From positions 1 to 61,491 of the forward strand of contig CBDURU010000006.1 of the NCBI GenBank assembly GCA_965369865.1: a stretch of DNA of 61,491 bases. The letters are read 5' to 3'. How positions within the stretch are numbered: position 1 is the stretch's first letter; every line of letters starts with the position of its first letter. Below the pieces are notes generated by a model. That model searched no databases, was not told the DNA's origin, and was given only the letters and a program-made list of their open reading frames with translations. This stretch comes from an uncultured bacterium (GTDB lineage: Bacteria > JAJVIF01 > JAPKYR01). Position numbers and translations under genes: made by a program. Shown piece after piece: positions 30,840 through 40,733 of this stretch.

Positions 30840-32126
30840 ATGAATTCTCCCACCCCAGAAAATCAGGGACCTTTAATTTTCATCTCCACCGGTGACCTCT
30901 CAGGCGACATGCACGCCTCGCACCTTGTTGTGCGATTACGGAAATTATGGAATGAAAAATACCCGTTCCGACCCCCTCTGCGATTCGCCGCGGCGGGATC
31001 GACTCACCTTGAACAGGTCGGCTGCGATCTTTGGGAGGACACTACGTTATGGGGCGCGATGGGGATTTTCGAGGGATTTAAAAAACTTCCGACCTTGCTT
31101 CTGGCAAAACGCCGCTTAATTCAGAGGATCGGGAGAGAAAATCCGGATTTAATTATCACCGTCGATTTCAGGGCGTTCAATATGTCTTTACTCAAAGCTG
31201 TGAGATACAGGCGCGACCGCTCCACGCGTAAAGCGGCTTATTACATCGCGCCCGTCCTGTGGTGGAAATCGAGGGGAGGGTCAGGCGAGCAGGAATTAGT
31301 GGAAAAGACCATTGAATCGATCAGAAAAATGCCGGGCGCGGCTAAAAAAGGCGTGAGGGACCGTTTCGAAGCGCTTTCGGAGCTTGTCGATCTTGCTCTG
31401 GTTGCCTACCCGTTCAGCCTCGACGATTACAAAAATGCCGGGGTGAATTACAAATACATCGGACACCCCCTCGGACAGATTGCACAAGAGATGGCGAAGG
31501 AAAGAAAATACCTGGGTAAATTATCAAACCTGATCGACGGACGACGGATTATCTGTATTGCGCCGGGCTCGAGATTGCACGAACTCAAATACCATATGCC
31601 TGTCCTGAGAGAACTCGTCGAGAGGTTATTGAAGCGGTACCCGGATCTGTGGTTTTTCTGCCCCGTACCGTCGCCGCGTCTTGAACGGCAAATTAAGGAT
31701 GGATTTGAATTCACAGGAAAAAAGATCACGTTTATCCCGGATGATTGTTACGACCTGATGGCCGAGAGCGACCTGATGATCGTAAAATCGGGAACCAGTG
31801 TCCAGCTTGCCCTGCTCCTCGCGGTACCGGCGGTCACGTTTTACAAGGTGACCAGTGAATGGATGGTGAGGATCGCCAGGAGGTTTTTCCAGGACGTCCC
31901 TTACATTTCATTCCCGAATTTGCTCGCGAACCGGGAGATTATCCCCGAGCTGATACAATCCAACTTCACCCTGCCCAACATGTATATCGCCTGTACCGAG
32001 CTTCTCGACGATCCGGCCGTCGCAGGGCACATGCGACAGGAACTTGCCGAGTTGAGGAAGATGACTATGGCCGATGACCCCATCGGCGACGCGGCACATG
32101 CCTTGCTTGACCTGCTGGAGAGTTGA
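30840..32126 (+). CDS. lpxB: Lipid-A-disaccharide synthase
   Basis: GDLSGD, YIAP..W, YIGHPL, PGSR..E, KSGT, PNLLA and PELIQ. Confidence 0.9.
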   Translation: MNSPTPENQGPLIFISTGDLSGDMHASHLVVRLRKLWNEKYPFRPPLRFAAAGSTHLEQVGCDLWEDTTLWGAMGIFEGFKKLPTLLLAKRRLIQRIGRENPDLIITVDFRAFNMSLLKAVRYRRDRSTRKAAYYIAPVLWWKSRGGSGEQELVEKTIESIRKMPGAAKKGVRDRFEALSELVDLALVAYPFSLDDYKNAGVNYKYIGHPLGQIAQEMAKERKYLGKLSNLIDGRRIICIAPGSRLHELKYHMPVLRELVERLLKRYPDLWFFCPVPSPRLERQIKDGFEFTGKKITFIPDDCYDLMAESDLMIVKSGTSVQLALLLAVPAVTFYKVTSEWMVRIARRFFQDVPYISFPNLLANREIIPELIQSNFTLPNMYIACTELLDDPAVAGHMRQELAELRKMTMADDPIGDAAHALLDLLES

Positions 32127-32215
32127 TTGAGTTGTTGGAGAAATTTTAAACTGGTTAGCAACTTGACTGCACTTTGGTAGTCGATAAGAATAGATACAGA
32201 ATTAATTGAGGAGGT

Positions 32216-33796
32216 ATGTCGATGAAATTATCAGGTCTAATAATATGGACAGTCCTTATTATTTTGTTGCTGTCAACAGGAAAAGTGAGTGGTGATGATC
32301 TGGAATGGAAACCCGGTGAGGACGGGGTCAGGTTTGGAGAAGGCCAGAACGGTGGTTGGGTAGCAACCTGGGGAGGATTGGAAATGAATCCACTGTGGCC
32401 CCCGGGCAGTGATTACTTTGTATATGGCAACAATGGGGAAGTAGGAAAAGCTGTTGTCATTGATGAAGAGGGATTCATTTATGTTGCTGGAGGTTTTGAT
32501 TTAACCACTGATTTTGATCCAGCTGCAACTGAACTGGTAATTAAATTTCCTGGGAGCTTTCTTAGTAAATTCGATGCTTATGGTAACTTCATCTGGGTGA
32601 AAACCTGGGATGCTAATGTTGAGGACATGGTCCTTGGGCCGGATGGATTTCTATATATTACTGGGGGTTTCAAAGAAATTATTGACTTGGATCCATCACA
32701 GTACGTCACTGATATCTATAATTTTGGCATTGATTTTGTAAAGATTGGTTATTTATCAAAATTTTCACTGGATGGCGAATTATTATGGGGGAGATCCTGG
32801 AGTGAAATAGGACTTTGTGTGGGAGTATCAAAAAATGGAACTGTCTACGTTGGTGGTAGTTATTCTAACACTGTAGACTTTGAACCCGGATATAACAATA
32901 ATTTTAATACAGCAATAGGTTACACAGGTGGATATCTCAGCGAATTCTCAACTGAAGGTGATTATATACGAACTCAAACATGGGATTGGATAAAACCTGA
33001 TGATTTTGATGAGGTTAATGATATTTACATTGGCCATGTTAGTATTTATTCCCTTGCTATTGATACATATGATAACGTGTTTATTGCTGGCGGTTTTGGG
33101 CGAACAGTAGATTTTGATAATAGCGATGACCTGGTTGTATGTGATGGAGGGCAGTTTACTACTCAGTTTTTATGCAAATTGAACTCCTCAGGTGATTTTA
33201 ATTGGGTCCGAACCTGGGGATCGTGTTGGATAACAAAGGGCATGGGATGTGATCTTGGGCCTGACGGGGAAATCTATGTGACCGGTGTTTTCCAGTGGTT
33301 TGATGATTTCGATCCTGGTCCTGAACAAGATATGCATGAGGCAGTAGGTGATTACGATAATTATGTGACTAAATTTGATGCAGATGGTAATCACGAATGG
33401 GCAAGAACATGGGGTAGCTTAGCTCGTGAAGGAGGAGGTGATGTTGCCGTTGCTGACGATGGGTCTCTTTATATTGCAGGTAAGTTTAAAATGGCTATTG
33501 ATCTGGACCCAGGCCCAGGTGAGGATTGGCATGAGGATGCAAATGCTGGTGGTGTATTCATAGTTAAATTATCTGAAATTGGTGAGTTTATCTGGGCTCA
33601 TAGTTTCAGCCCGATTGGGATGGGGTCTTCGGCTTGTAACTCAATGGCTCTTGACTCCTTTGGTAACATTTATTTAACAGGCTATTATAATAGGATTTTC
33701 GATTTCGATCCCGGACCTGACGATGAATTACACGGTAACCTGGATGGCTGGAATGATGCTTACTTATTGAAATTATTACCTGATGGTAGCTGGTGA
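32216..33796 (+). CDS. Secreted SBBP-like beta-propeller repeat protein
   Basis: Signal peptide and repeated D..G.IYVTG.F....DFDPGP / KFD..G...W..TW units. Confidence 0.75.
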   Translation: MSMKLSGLIIWTVLIILLLSTGKVSGDDLEWKPGEDGVRFGEGQNGGWVATWGGLEMNPLWPPGSDYFVYGNNGEVGKAVVIDEEGFIYVAGGFDLTTDFDPAATELVIKFPGSFLSKFDAYGNFIWVKTWDANVEDMVLGPDGFLYITGGFKEIIDLDPSQYVTDIYNFGIDFVKIGYLSKFSLDGELLWGRSWSEIGLCVGVSKNGTVYVGGSYSNTVDFEPGYNNNFNTAIGYTGGYLSEFSTEGDYIRTQTWDWIKPDDFDEVNDIYIGHVSIYSLAIDTYDNVFIAGGFGRTVDFDNSDDLVVCDGGQFTTQFLCKLNSSGDFNWVRTWGSCWITKGMGCDLGPDGEIYVTGVFQWFDDFDPGPEQDMHEAVGDYDNYVTKFDADGNHEWARTWGSLAREGGGDVAVADDGSLYIAGKFKMAIDLDPGPGEDWHEDANAGGVFIVKLSEIGEFIWAHSFSPIGMGSSACNSMALDSFGNIYLTGYYNRIFDFDPGPDDELHGNLDGWNDAYLLKLLPDGSW

Positions 33797-33992
33797 CTGA
33801 ATATATAAGCAAGCGGTAAACCCATATCTATCTGATATGGGTTCCATATCCATCCACCCCACATCACATAGTAATATTGACAGGTGGCCCCTCACAACGA
33901 GTTCCATGAGTTGGGAGGATTTCCCTTTTTTTACCACCCCACCTGCGCCAATTACCTCTGTCCCTGTCCTATTAGTTAGTGGAGACCACCAT

Positions 33993-34391
33993 ATGTTCAG
34001 ACGCAGAAAAACAATTCCCGAACTCAACTACACCAACATCGTCTGGCTGGCGTTCACCCATCCCGATAACGGTAACAAATCCATACGGGCTATCGCGCGG
34101 CAGCTCGGAATGTACCCGGGCACCGTCCACCGTATCCTGATACGGCTGGGGTACGTCAAAACCGAAAAACCCGAATGTCACCCTGAGACACCTGAAACGC
34201 CATCCGAGCACACTCATAGAGCGGATCGCGTCTGTCTCAGGGATACAGTAAAATCGCGAAAAAAAAGGGGAGATACGGATACACCCGATACGGGTAAAAA
34301 CAAAAAAAAATACAAATTCGACCTTTTGAATTACATCGCCGAGACTAACTTTTCCGACATGCTTGATTTTGATTTTGACAGGGAGGATTGA
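33993..34391 (+). CDS. Hypothetical helix-turn-helix protein
   Basis: SIRAIARQLGMYPGTVHRIL HTH and a GGAG RBS at 33981. Confidence 0.55.
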   Translation: MFRRRKTIPELNYTNIVWLAFTHPDNGNKSIRAIARQLGMYPGTVHRILIRLGYVKTEKPECHPETPETPSEHTHRADRVCLRDTVKSRKKRGDTDTPDTGKNKKKYKFDLLNYIAETNFSDMLDFDFDRED

Positions 34392-34398
34392 GACCAAC

Positions 34399-34530
34399 CA
34401 CACTTAACAGGTATTTTTTTACAAACTGTATTTCCGGAGTTCTCATGGTGGCCCCTCATAAAATCGGCCTGAGCGCCAGCGAAGGCAGGTTTTAGGAGGG
34501 CCTGATACGCATCGATATTTAATTAATGGG
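34399..34530. repeat. Dispersed repeat, second copy of 10447-10651
   Basis: cacacttaacagg...aattaatggg, lying between convergent genes. Confidence 0.85.
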
Positions 34531-34531
34531 T

Positions 34532-35287
34532 TTACTTCCCGGTTAATACTCTCTTCAATATTCGTCTTCTGAGGATGCCGAAGTGGTAGGGGAGGGGGAT
34601 TTCCTTCGGGCAGAAGTTGCGGCAGCCGAGCATAGCCTCGCACCCGAAAACACCGTCCCCGGTAAATAACTGCTCGGCGAACTCATCCAGGCTGCGCTCA
34701 TCGCGGCTGTCGATCAGAAACCGATACGCGCGGTTCATACCGGCCGACCCGAGGTAGTTCGGGTTGAGATGTGCTACCGCGCAGGCTTCGATACAGATCC
34801 CGCACTCGATGCACCGCTCCGCTTCGTAAACCGGGAGCTGATCATCCGCTTTCTGGAGATTCTCCAGTTTCTCGTTGAACGGTTTCGATGTATGGATCCA
34901 GCCTTCAAGACGCCTGACCATATCCCTGAACCAGCGTCCCTTATCGACCGCGACATCCTTGATGTGGTCGAAATAGCGAAGGGGTTCAATCGTGATGGTG
35001 TCGGGAAGGTCCTTGGTCTGGGATTTGCACGCGAGGCATGGCTGTCCGTTGACGTTCACGGCGCATGATCCGCAGACGTTCGACCTGCAGCAGATGTCGT
35101 AATAGAGGCTCGGATCGTGCTTCTGCTGGATTTCCTCCATCGCGAGGTAGATCGAGAAAAACGGACGGTCGTCCAGCTTGAAGGTGTCGTAGTGCGGGAC
35201 ACTGTCCGGGTCATCGGGATCGTGACGGAAAAGTTTGAAAGTCAGTGTTCTTTTATTGTTATTTGCCATGACGATATTTGATTTCAA
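34532..35287 (-). CDS. frdB: Succinate dehydrogenase/fumarate reductase iron-sulfur subunit
   Basis: CRSNVCGSC..CLAC, CIECGICIEAC and CEAMLGCRNFCP. Confidence 0.92.
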   Translation of the reverse strand: MKSNIVMANNNKRTLTFKLFRHDPDDPDSVPHYDTFKLDDRPFFSIYLAMEEIQQKHDPSLYYDICCRSNVCGSCAVNVNGQPCLACKSQTKDLPDTITIEPLRYFDHIKDVAVDKGRWFRDMVRRLEGWIHTSKPFNEKLENLQKADDQLPVYEAERCIECGICIEACAVAHLNPNYLGSAGMNRAYRFLIDSRDERSLDEFAEQLFTGDGVFGCEAMLGCRNFCPKEIPLPYHFGILRRRILKRVLTGK

Positions 35288-35292
35288 ATTAG

Positions 35293-37053
35293 TTACTTCG
35301 CTGCCGGTGGTGGTTTTTCGCCGTAACCGCGGTCGCCGGGCGGTAAATGGGTTATTACCACATCCTCGTACTCAAGCCTCGGTAAATATTCATCATCCCG
35401 TTTATGTGCGAGCGTCCGTTTCAGCCAGTGCTCGTCATCGCGATTCGGGAAATCCTCGCGGTAATGCGCTCCACGGCTCTCTTTCCGTGCGAGTGCGCCC
35501 TCAGAAATTATCAGCGCGAGGTCGATCATCCCGTGAATCCTCAGGGCCATCTCGAGTTCGAGCGTCCGTCCACGCGACTTGCATGAAAGTCCGAGGTTGT
35601 TAGAGCGTTCACGTATGTCGAGGAGCTTGTTAACGGCATCCTTGAGAAGTTCACCGGTCCGGAAAATCCCGACCTGTTCTGTCATCAGTAATGCCATTTC
35701 ATCATGGAGCGCGAACGATGTTTCTTTCGCTTCGGTGGCGATTAGAGTGTCGATTCGCTCTTTCTGAATATTGTATTCATCCTGGATTGCTTTTTGATCG
35801 CCATCGGATGCTGAACGTCCGTTAGCTTCCGTGGATGCGGCAGTCCCTGAATAAAACCCGGCTGCGATCGTTTCCAGCAGAGAGTTTCCGCCGAGTCGGT
35901 TGAAACCATGCATATCCCAGCAGGCGCATTCCCCGCAGGCGTAAAGACCTTCGACACCCCTGACCCGACAGTCGATATCCGTTCGTATCCCGCCCATCGT
36001 GTAATGCTGGACAGGTTTGACCGGGGCCAGCTCGGTGATAACATCGAGTCCCGCGAAATCGCGTGCGATATCGTGAACATCCCTCAGGCGTGTCATGATT
36101 TTTTCTGCACCAAGATGCGTAAGGTCGAGCCAGACGTGAGGTCCGAACGGTCCCTCCACACCGCGTCCGGCACGGATTTCACTCATTATTGCGCGGGACA
36201 CAACATCGCGGCTTGCAAGGTTCCCCATTTTCGCAGCGTAATCCCACATGAATTCATGGTGCTGGGCGTTTCTAAGCACCCCGCCATCACCACGGCACCC
36301 TTCGGTCAGGAGAATCCATACCGGGTACATCCCGGTCGGGTGGAATTGAATCGCTTCCATGTTTCCAAGCGGAATACAACCGGTGTTATATGCGAGCGAA
36401 TGTCCGTCACCCCTGCAGTTGATCGCGTTTGAACTTTCCGAGAATAATTTACCGGCACCCCCGGATGCGATGATTGTGCTTTTTGCCTGGAAAGCGACAA
36501 GATCGCCTGACCGGAGATCGAGTACGATGCAGCCGATGACCTTCGCTCCGTTCAGGATCAGGGAGATAACCTGGACGCGCCAGTAAATGTTGATTTCGTA
36601 ACGCATTACTTCCTGATCGATTGCGTAAAGCAGTGCATGTCCGGTGAAATCGGCTGCAAATGCTGCGCGCCAGACAGATGTGCCGCCGAAATTACGCTGG
36701 GCGATTTTCCCTTCCTCGGTACGGTTGAAAGGACATCCCCAGTATTCCAACTCGCGGATAAGGCGGGGAGCGGCAGTGGTAACTCGTTCCACGACATCCT
36801 GGTCGGCCCCCCAGTCCGAACCGCGAATGGTGTCGTCGAAATGGAGCTTCCAGTCATCGCCGGCTGAATGCTCGCCCATATTATCAAGTGAGCACTGTAC
36901 GCCACCCTGTGCGGCATTGGAATGGCTCTGCCGGGGCTGGACAAGGGATAGAATAGCTACAGAGCAACCGTTCCGGTGAGCTTCAACCGCGGCACGTTCG
37001 CCCGCAAGTCCTGCTCCGATTACAACAACATCGTACTTAAGAATCCTCATCAA
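35293..37053 (-). CDS. frdA: Succinate dehydrogenase/fumarate reductase flavoprotein subunit
   Basis: GAGLAG, SHSNAAQGG, QFHPT, EGCRGDGG, HYTMGG, HGFNRLGGNSL and ESRGAHYR. Confidence 0.95.
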   Translation of the reverse strand: MMRILKYDVVVIGAGLAGERAAVEAHRNGCSVAILSLVQPRQSHSNAAQGGVQCSLDNMGEHSAGDDWKLHFDDTIRGSDWGADQDVVERVTTAAPRLIRELEYWGCPFNRTEEGKIAQRNFGGTSVWRAAFAADFTGHALLYAIDQEVMRYEINIYWRVQVISLILNGAKVIGCIVLDLRSGDLVAFQAKSTIIASGGAGKLFSESSNAINCRGDGHSLAYNTGCIPLGNMEAIQFHPTGMYPVWILLTEGCRGDGGVLRNAQHHEFMWDYAAKMGNLASRDVVSRAIMSEIRAGRGVEGPFGPHVWLDLTHLGAEKIMTRLRDVHDIARDFAGLDVITELAPVKPVQHYTMGGIRTDIDCRVRGVEGLYACGECACWDMHGFNRLGGNSLLETIAAGFYSGTAASTEANGRSASDGDQKAIQDEYNIQKERIDTLIATEAKETSFALHDEMALLMTEQVGIFRTGELLKDAVNKLLDIRERSNNLGLSCKSRGRTLELEMALRIHGMIDLALIISEGALARKESRGAHYREDFPNRDDEHWLKRTLAHKRDDEYLPRLEYEDVVITHLPPGDRGYGEKPPPAAK

Positions 37054-37110
37054 TCGATTCCTTTGCTATTCGTCCTGTCCTTCGATGTTTTTATCAGATG
37101 GACCATTAAT

Positions 37111-37812
37111 CTAATCTGTAGTTTGACTGTCTCCTGTTCCTGGAATTTCAATGATCGACTCAATTGCTTGCTGCCCGGTTTCGGGTTCAGGAAGGAATTT
37201 CGCCAGGCTGAATACCCCAACGACGAAAAATCCGATAAACAGAAATGCCATAAAGCTGATTAATATTCCCTCTCTGGCTTTGTCCGTCATGATTCCGAGC
37301 TTGATGAAAATCGACCGGATTCCGTTAAATGCATGAAACAGGAGTGCCGCAAAGAAAATTATATACAGGGTCATCACGGACGGTGTGACCCTCATCGTGC
37401 TCTCTGCAGCAGTGGTAGTCGAACTTGTATGCTGGATAATCAGGTGCCAGATACCGGCTATCGCGATAACAGCGCCGGTTAAAAGCTGCAAATACCAGAG
37501 CGTGGTACCTGAATGTTTCAGCATCGACACCTGTTTCCATGATGTTCCATAATTTCTGACTGGTGTGATTGCGATCCTGGTGCCATTAATAAGATGAGCG
37601 AGAAATAGAACTATCAGGCTGAAGGTCATGAGGTTGTAAGACCAATTGGGGAGGCTTTCATGCCAGAGATGAAGCATCGCCTCATAATACTCAGGGCCAA
37701 TGAGTATTGTCGCATTGTCCACCGTGTGGATAATGACATAAAAAACAAGAGCAATCCCTGTCAGGGCCTGAAGCAGCCATAGCCAGGCTGGTAGAATCAA
37801 AGTACGTTTCAT
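37111..37812 (-). CDS. frdC: Succinate dehydrogenase/fumarate reductase cytochrome b subunit (single 5-TM, type B)
   Basis: Five hydrophobic helices with His ligands; first gene of the operon. Confidence 0.8.
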   Translation of the reverse strand: MKRTLILPAWLWLLQALTGIALVFYVIIHTVDNATILIGPEYYEAMLHLWHESLPNWSYNLMTFSLIVLFLAHLINGTRIAITPVRNYGTSWKQVSMLKHSGTTLWYLQLLTGAVIAIAGIWHLIIQHTSSTTTAAESTMRVTPSVMTLYIIFFAALLFHAFNGIRSIFIKLGIMTDKAREGILISFMAFLFIGFFVVGVFSLAKFLPEPETGQQAIESIIEIPGTGDSQTTD

Positions 37813-37938
37813 CTTAAACTCAGGTTGCCGGTGATCGGTATCAAGCGTACATTACTCCTCAATATACTAAAGGGCAAACATGCGAAAAAAAACGCAAGCG
37901 AGAATTTGGGGTCGATAATTTAAAATTACTGTATGAGT

Positions 37939-38436
37939 CTAGCGGATTTCCTCATCGCCTGTAAATTGCAGGCTGAGGATTTTCCATGTGCCACGCTTTT
38001 TCATAAAGGTGAAGATATCGATGCCAGTTCCGATCTCGTCATCATCAATATACCGATAGTCACAGATTGCGTACGCGATATTCCTGAAAACTTCGATTTC
38101 CCTGTTAGTCAGGATATCCGAGATGTAATCGTTTACTTCGAAAACTGATTCCTGTGTGCCCTGGAGCCAATCTTCCAATGAATGTACCCTCTGGCTTTCG
38201 CCTTGGTCATAATCGTATGCTATTACCGCATCAGCAAAGAAAAGGTTTCTGAGCCCGGTCAGGTTCTTTGAGGAATATGCTTCCTGGAAGTTGTCTATAA
38301 GCGTGTCCAGTTCCTCGATATCGTCGGCGGGTGAGTTGTCAATATTTGTACCGGTGAAAAAAACCGCCCCAAGGAGAACCAGGACTGGAATTGCCAGCCA
38401 GAGCTTGTCGGTAAATTTGTGTATTTTCGATTTCAT
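37939..38436 (-). CDS. NTF2/SnoaL-like exported protein
   Basis: N-terminal TM helix, F..AY...NL..L..LF..DA and WKILSL. Confidence 0.65.
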   Translation of the reverse strand: MKSKIHKFTDKLWLAIPVLVLLGAVFFTGTNIDNSPADDIEELDTLIDNFQEAYSSKNLTGLRNLFFADAVIAYDYDQGESQRVHSLEDWLQGTQESVFEVNDYISDILTNREIEVFRNIAYAICDYRYIDDDEIGTGIDIFTFMKKRGTWKILSLQFTGDEEIR

Positions 38437-38490
38437 ATTGATACCTCAAAGTCGAACCAGGGTTAATAGACAGGTTAATTTAATGAATGG

Positions 38491-39363
38491 TTAAAAAGGC
38501 GAAGACGTATCTGAAGGGTTGAGGAATTCACTTCTCTGGCCCGGCGTTCTTTCCCGCGGCTTGAGACCGGGGAACAGGGAGTACAGCTCATCAACCAGGA
38601 TTTCGATCTGAGCCATGTTTTTCCATCTGAGAACATTTTCCCTGATACTGGGTCCATTTTCCGGATCGAGCCCGTGGAACAGAAGCAAGTGGCTGGCTTT
38701 CGCTTTTGCTTCATCGGTATTTTCATCGGTTCTTTCTGAAACAAGAATCAGGTGCCATCCGAAAATAGTGGGGAAAGGCCCTGACACCTCACCAACCGGG
38801 TCGGTAAAAGTGTGCATCTCGAAGTTTGGAACCATCCCGCCGTAGCCGATTTCGCCGAGGTCACCGGCGCTCTGGTCGGCCTCGGGTTCCTGGCTGTTTT
38901 CAGCCGTCAGGTAAGCAAAATTCGCACCGTCTGTGTTTACCTGGTCAAGTATCTCGTTAAGTCGTGTAACCGCTATATCAATTGTATCCGGCCACTGGGA
39001 CATCACCGCGTAGATTTTAATGAATTCATCGATTGTATTCCGCTTTGCTTCAGCTGGACTCTGTCCCCGGATATCGTGCAGGAATGTGTACAGGTTCCTG
39101 AGATCCTGAGCGTCGATACTAAGTCCATTAACACGCATCGCGGGACCGTCGACGCCTTCAAGGAAAGAAGTAATATCGTCCTCCAGGTCGTTCTCTTCCT
39201 CAACCGGTGGATTGTAAATATTTTCAATTTCCTCGATCTCCTCTTCTGTCATGGCACTGCGGGTCTTGTATTTTGACTTAACGCAGCCCATGGTGAAGAT
39301 TAAAAGGGTTAGAGAAACCAGGATAATAATTCGCTTAGATCGCATTGTTGAGTAGTCCTCCAT
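38491..39363 (-). CDS. Parvulin-type peptidyl-prolyl isomerase lipoprotein (PrsA/SurA-like)
   Basis: Lipobox MGC, GDLG, MVPNFE and VSGPFPTIFGWHLI. Confidence 0.85.
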   Translation of the reverse strand: MEDYSTMRSKRIIILVSLTLLIFTMGCVKSKYKTRSAMTEEEIEEIENIYNPPVEEENDLEDDITSFLEGVDGPAMRVNGLSIDAQDLRNLYTFLHDIRGQSPAEAKRNTIDEFIKIYAVMSQWPDTIDIAVTRLNEILDQVNTDGANFAYLTAENSQEPEADQSAGDLGEIGYGGMVPNFEMHTFTDPVGEVSGPFPTIFGWHLILVSERTDENTDEAKAKASHLLLFHGLDPENGPSIRENVLRWKNMAQIEILVDELYSLFPGLKPRERTPGQRSEFLNPSDTSSPF

Positions 39364-39419
39364 TTGCTAACTTGAATCCTGTGGTACATTCAGATTATAT
39401 ATTTTTCAACGTGTAGTTC

Positions 39420-40616
39420 CTACTTTCCGAAATCCGGTTGCTTTGAAATCGACAATGCCACGTTCATACGAATCGCCAAAATGTTAAAGAACATGGTGAA
39501 TTTTTTAAAGAACGGTGTTTTCGTATGGATTTTAGTCGAAAATGCCCTGAGGATTTTCTGTGCCAGAAATTTATCCCCAGCCAGTCGTACGAATACTTCT
39601 CGGTTTATAACGGATTGCAACATGAGGTTCTCGATTTTCCTGAAATATTTAAAGATCGAAGAGAACTCTGCGTTGACGAGGTCGGTGTATTTAGTTACAA
39701 CAAGGTCGGGACGTTTTGCGCCGAATTCCTTAATAATTTCAGCCGCGATTTCACCTGACTTCATCGCGAAATAAATTCCTTCACCACATGCGGGAAGCAC
39801 AAATCCCGCTGAGTCGCCTGTAAGAAGAACCCGGTTAACCCCATGTTCCCTGTAAAGCCCCACCGGGATCAGTGCGCCGTTCCTTTTAAGAACCTCCCCG
39901 CCCTCGAGAAGATCAAAATTGAGCTCCTTCATCCTGGACAGGTATGATTTGAGCTGGCTCTTATTCTTAAACCTGGTGCCCACCCCTACCAAAACAGAAT
40001 TACCTTTGGGGAACATCCATCCATAAAAATCCGGACTGACAGCGGGATTATAGTTGAAGATGCACCTGTTGCCGAGTTCCGCCATCCGGTCTTCTGTCGG
40101 GCTGATCACATCCTGCATGGCCACAACCATGGGGAGATTATAACCCATAGCCTGTTTAGCGATACGGCTCCATGCTCCATCGGCACCGATCACGTAGTGC
40201 GCTTCGGTTGTGTGCGTAGTTCCGTCGGGGTCAAGGTATTGCACGAGGATCTGCGAACCTTTTTCATTATATCCGAGCACCCTTCCATGTACTAAAATCG
40301 CACCGGCATCCTCGGCGGCCCATCGCAAGTGGGAATCGAATTCCCTGCGGTCTACTGTCGCGATGCATTGACCGTCGGGGAAATCCGCGTAGACTTCGTA
40401 ACCGGATGGTGCCTGGAACAGCACCCCGGTGGCACGCTTTTTAATGAGGAGGTCGGGAATTCGGAATTGGTCAAGCAGTACAGATGGGATACCACCCGCG
40501 CATGGCTTATCGCCATCGGGGGACGCCTCGATCAATACAGTTCTTATACCGGCCTTCGCCAGGACCCTCGCGCAGGTTGCCCCGGCCGGACCGCCTCCAG
40601 CGACAACAATTTGCAT
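39420..40616 (-). CDS. Geranylgeranyl reductase family flavoprotein (ChlP/BchP-like)
   Basis: GGGPAG, KPCAGGIP, SPDFYGWMFPK, GDSAG and GEGIYFAMKSG. Confidence 0.85.
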   Translation of the reverse strand: MQIVVAGGGPAGATCARVLAKAGIRTVLIEASPDGDKPCAGGIPSVLLDQFRIPDLLIKKRATGVLFQAPSGYEVYADFPDGQCIATVDRREFDSHLRWAAEDAGAILVHGRVLGYNEKGSQILVQYLDPDGTTHTTEAHYVIGADGAWSRIAKQAMGYNLPMVVAMQDVISPTEDRMAELGNRCIFNYNPAVSPDFYGWMFPKGNSVLVGVGTRFKNKSQLKSYLSRMKELNFDLLEGGEVLKRNGALIPVGLYREHGVNRVLLTGDSAGFVLPACGEGIYFAMKSGEIAAEIIKEFGAKRPDLVVTKYTDLVNAEFSSIFKYFRKIENLMLQSVINREVFVRLAGDKFLAQKILRAFSTKIHTKTPFFKKFTMFFNILAIRMNVALSISKQPDFGK

Positions 40617-40733
40617 ATCATATTCTTTCCCTGCGGTCGAAATTCTAATATAAAATCCGGGTTAGTATATCATCCAGCATGTGGAAAACCGTGGGATACT
40701 GGAAATTATTTCCGGTATATCCATAAGGTCACC

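Noticed and set aside
30607..30843. 78-aa ORF between the oxidoreductase and lpxB (likewise ORFs 8275-8577, 13494-13682 and 60818-61093)
   Set aside because: These are wholly or partly translations of palindromic repeat DNA.
32216..33796. Diversity-generating retroelement target
   Set aside because: There is no reverse transcriptase and no adenine-specific TR/VR pair; the repeats are ordinary propeller blades.
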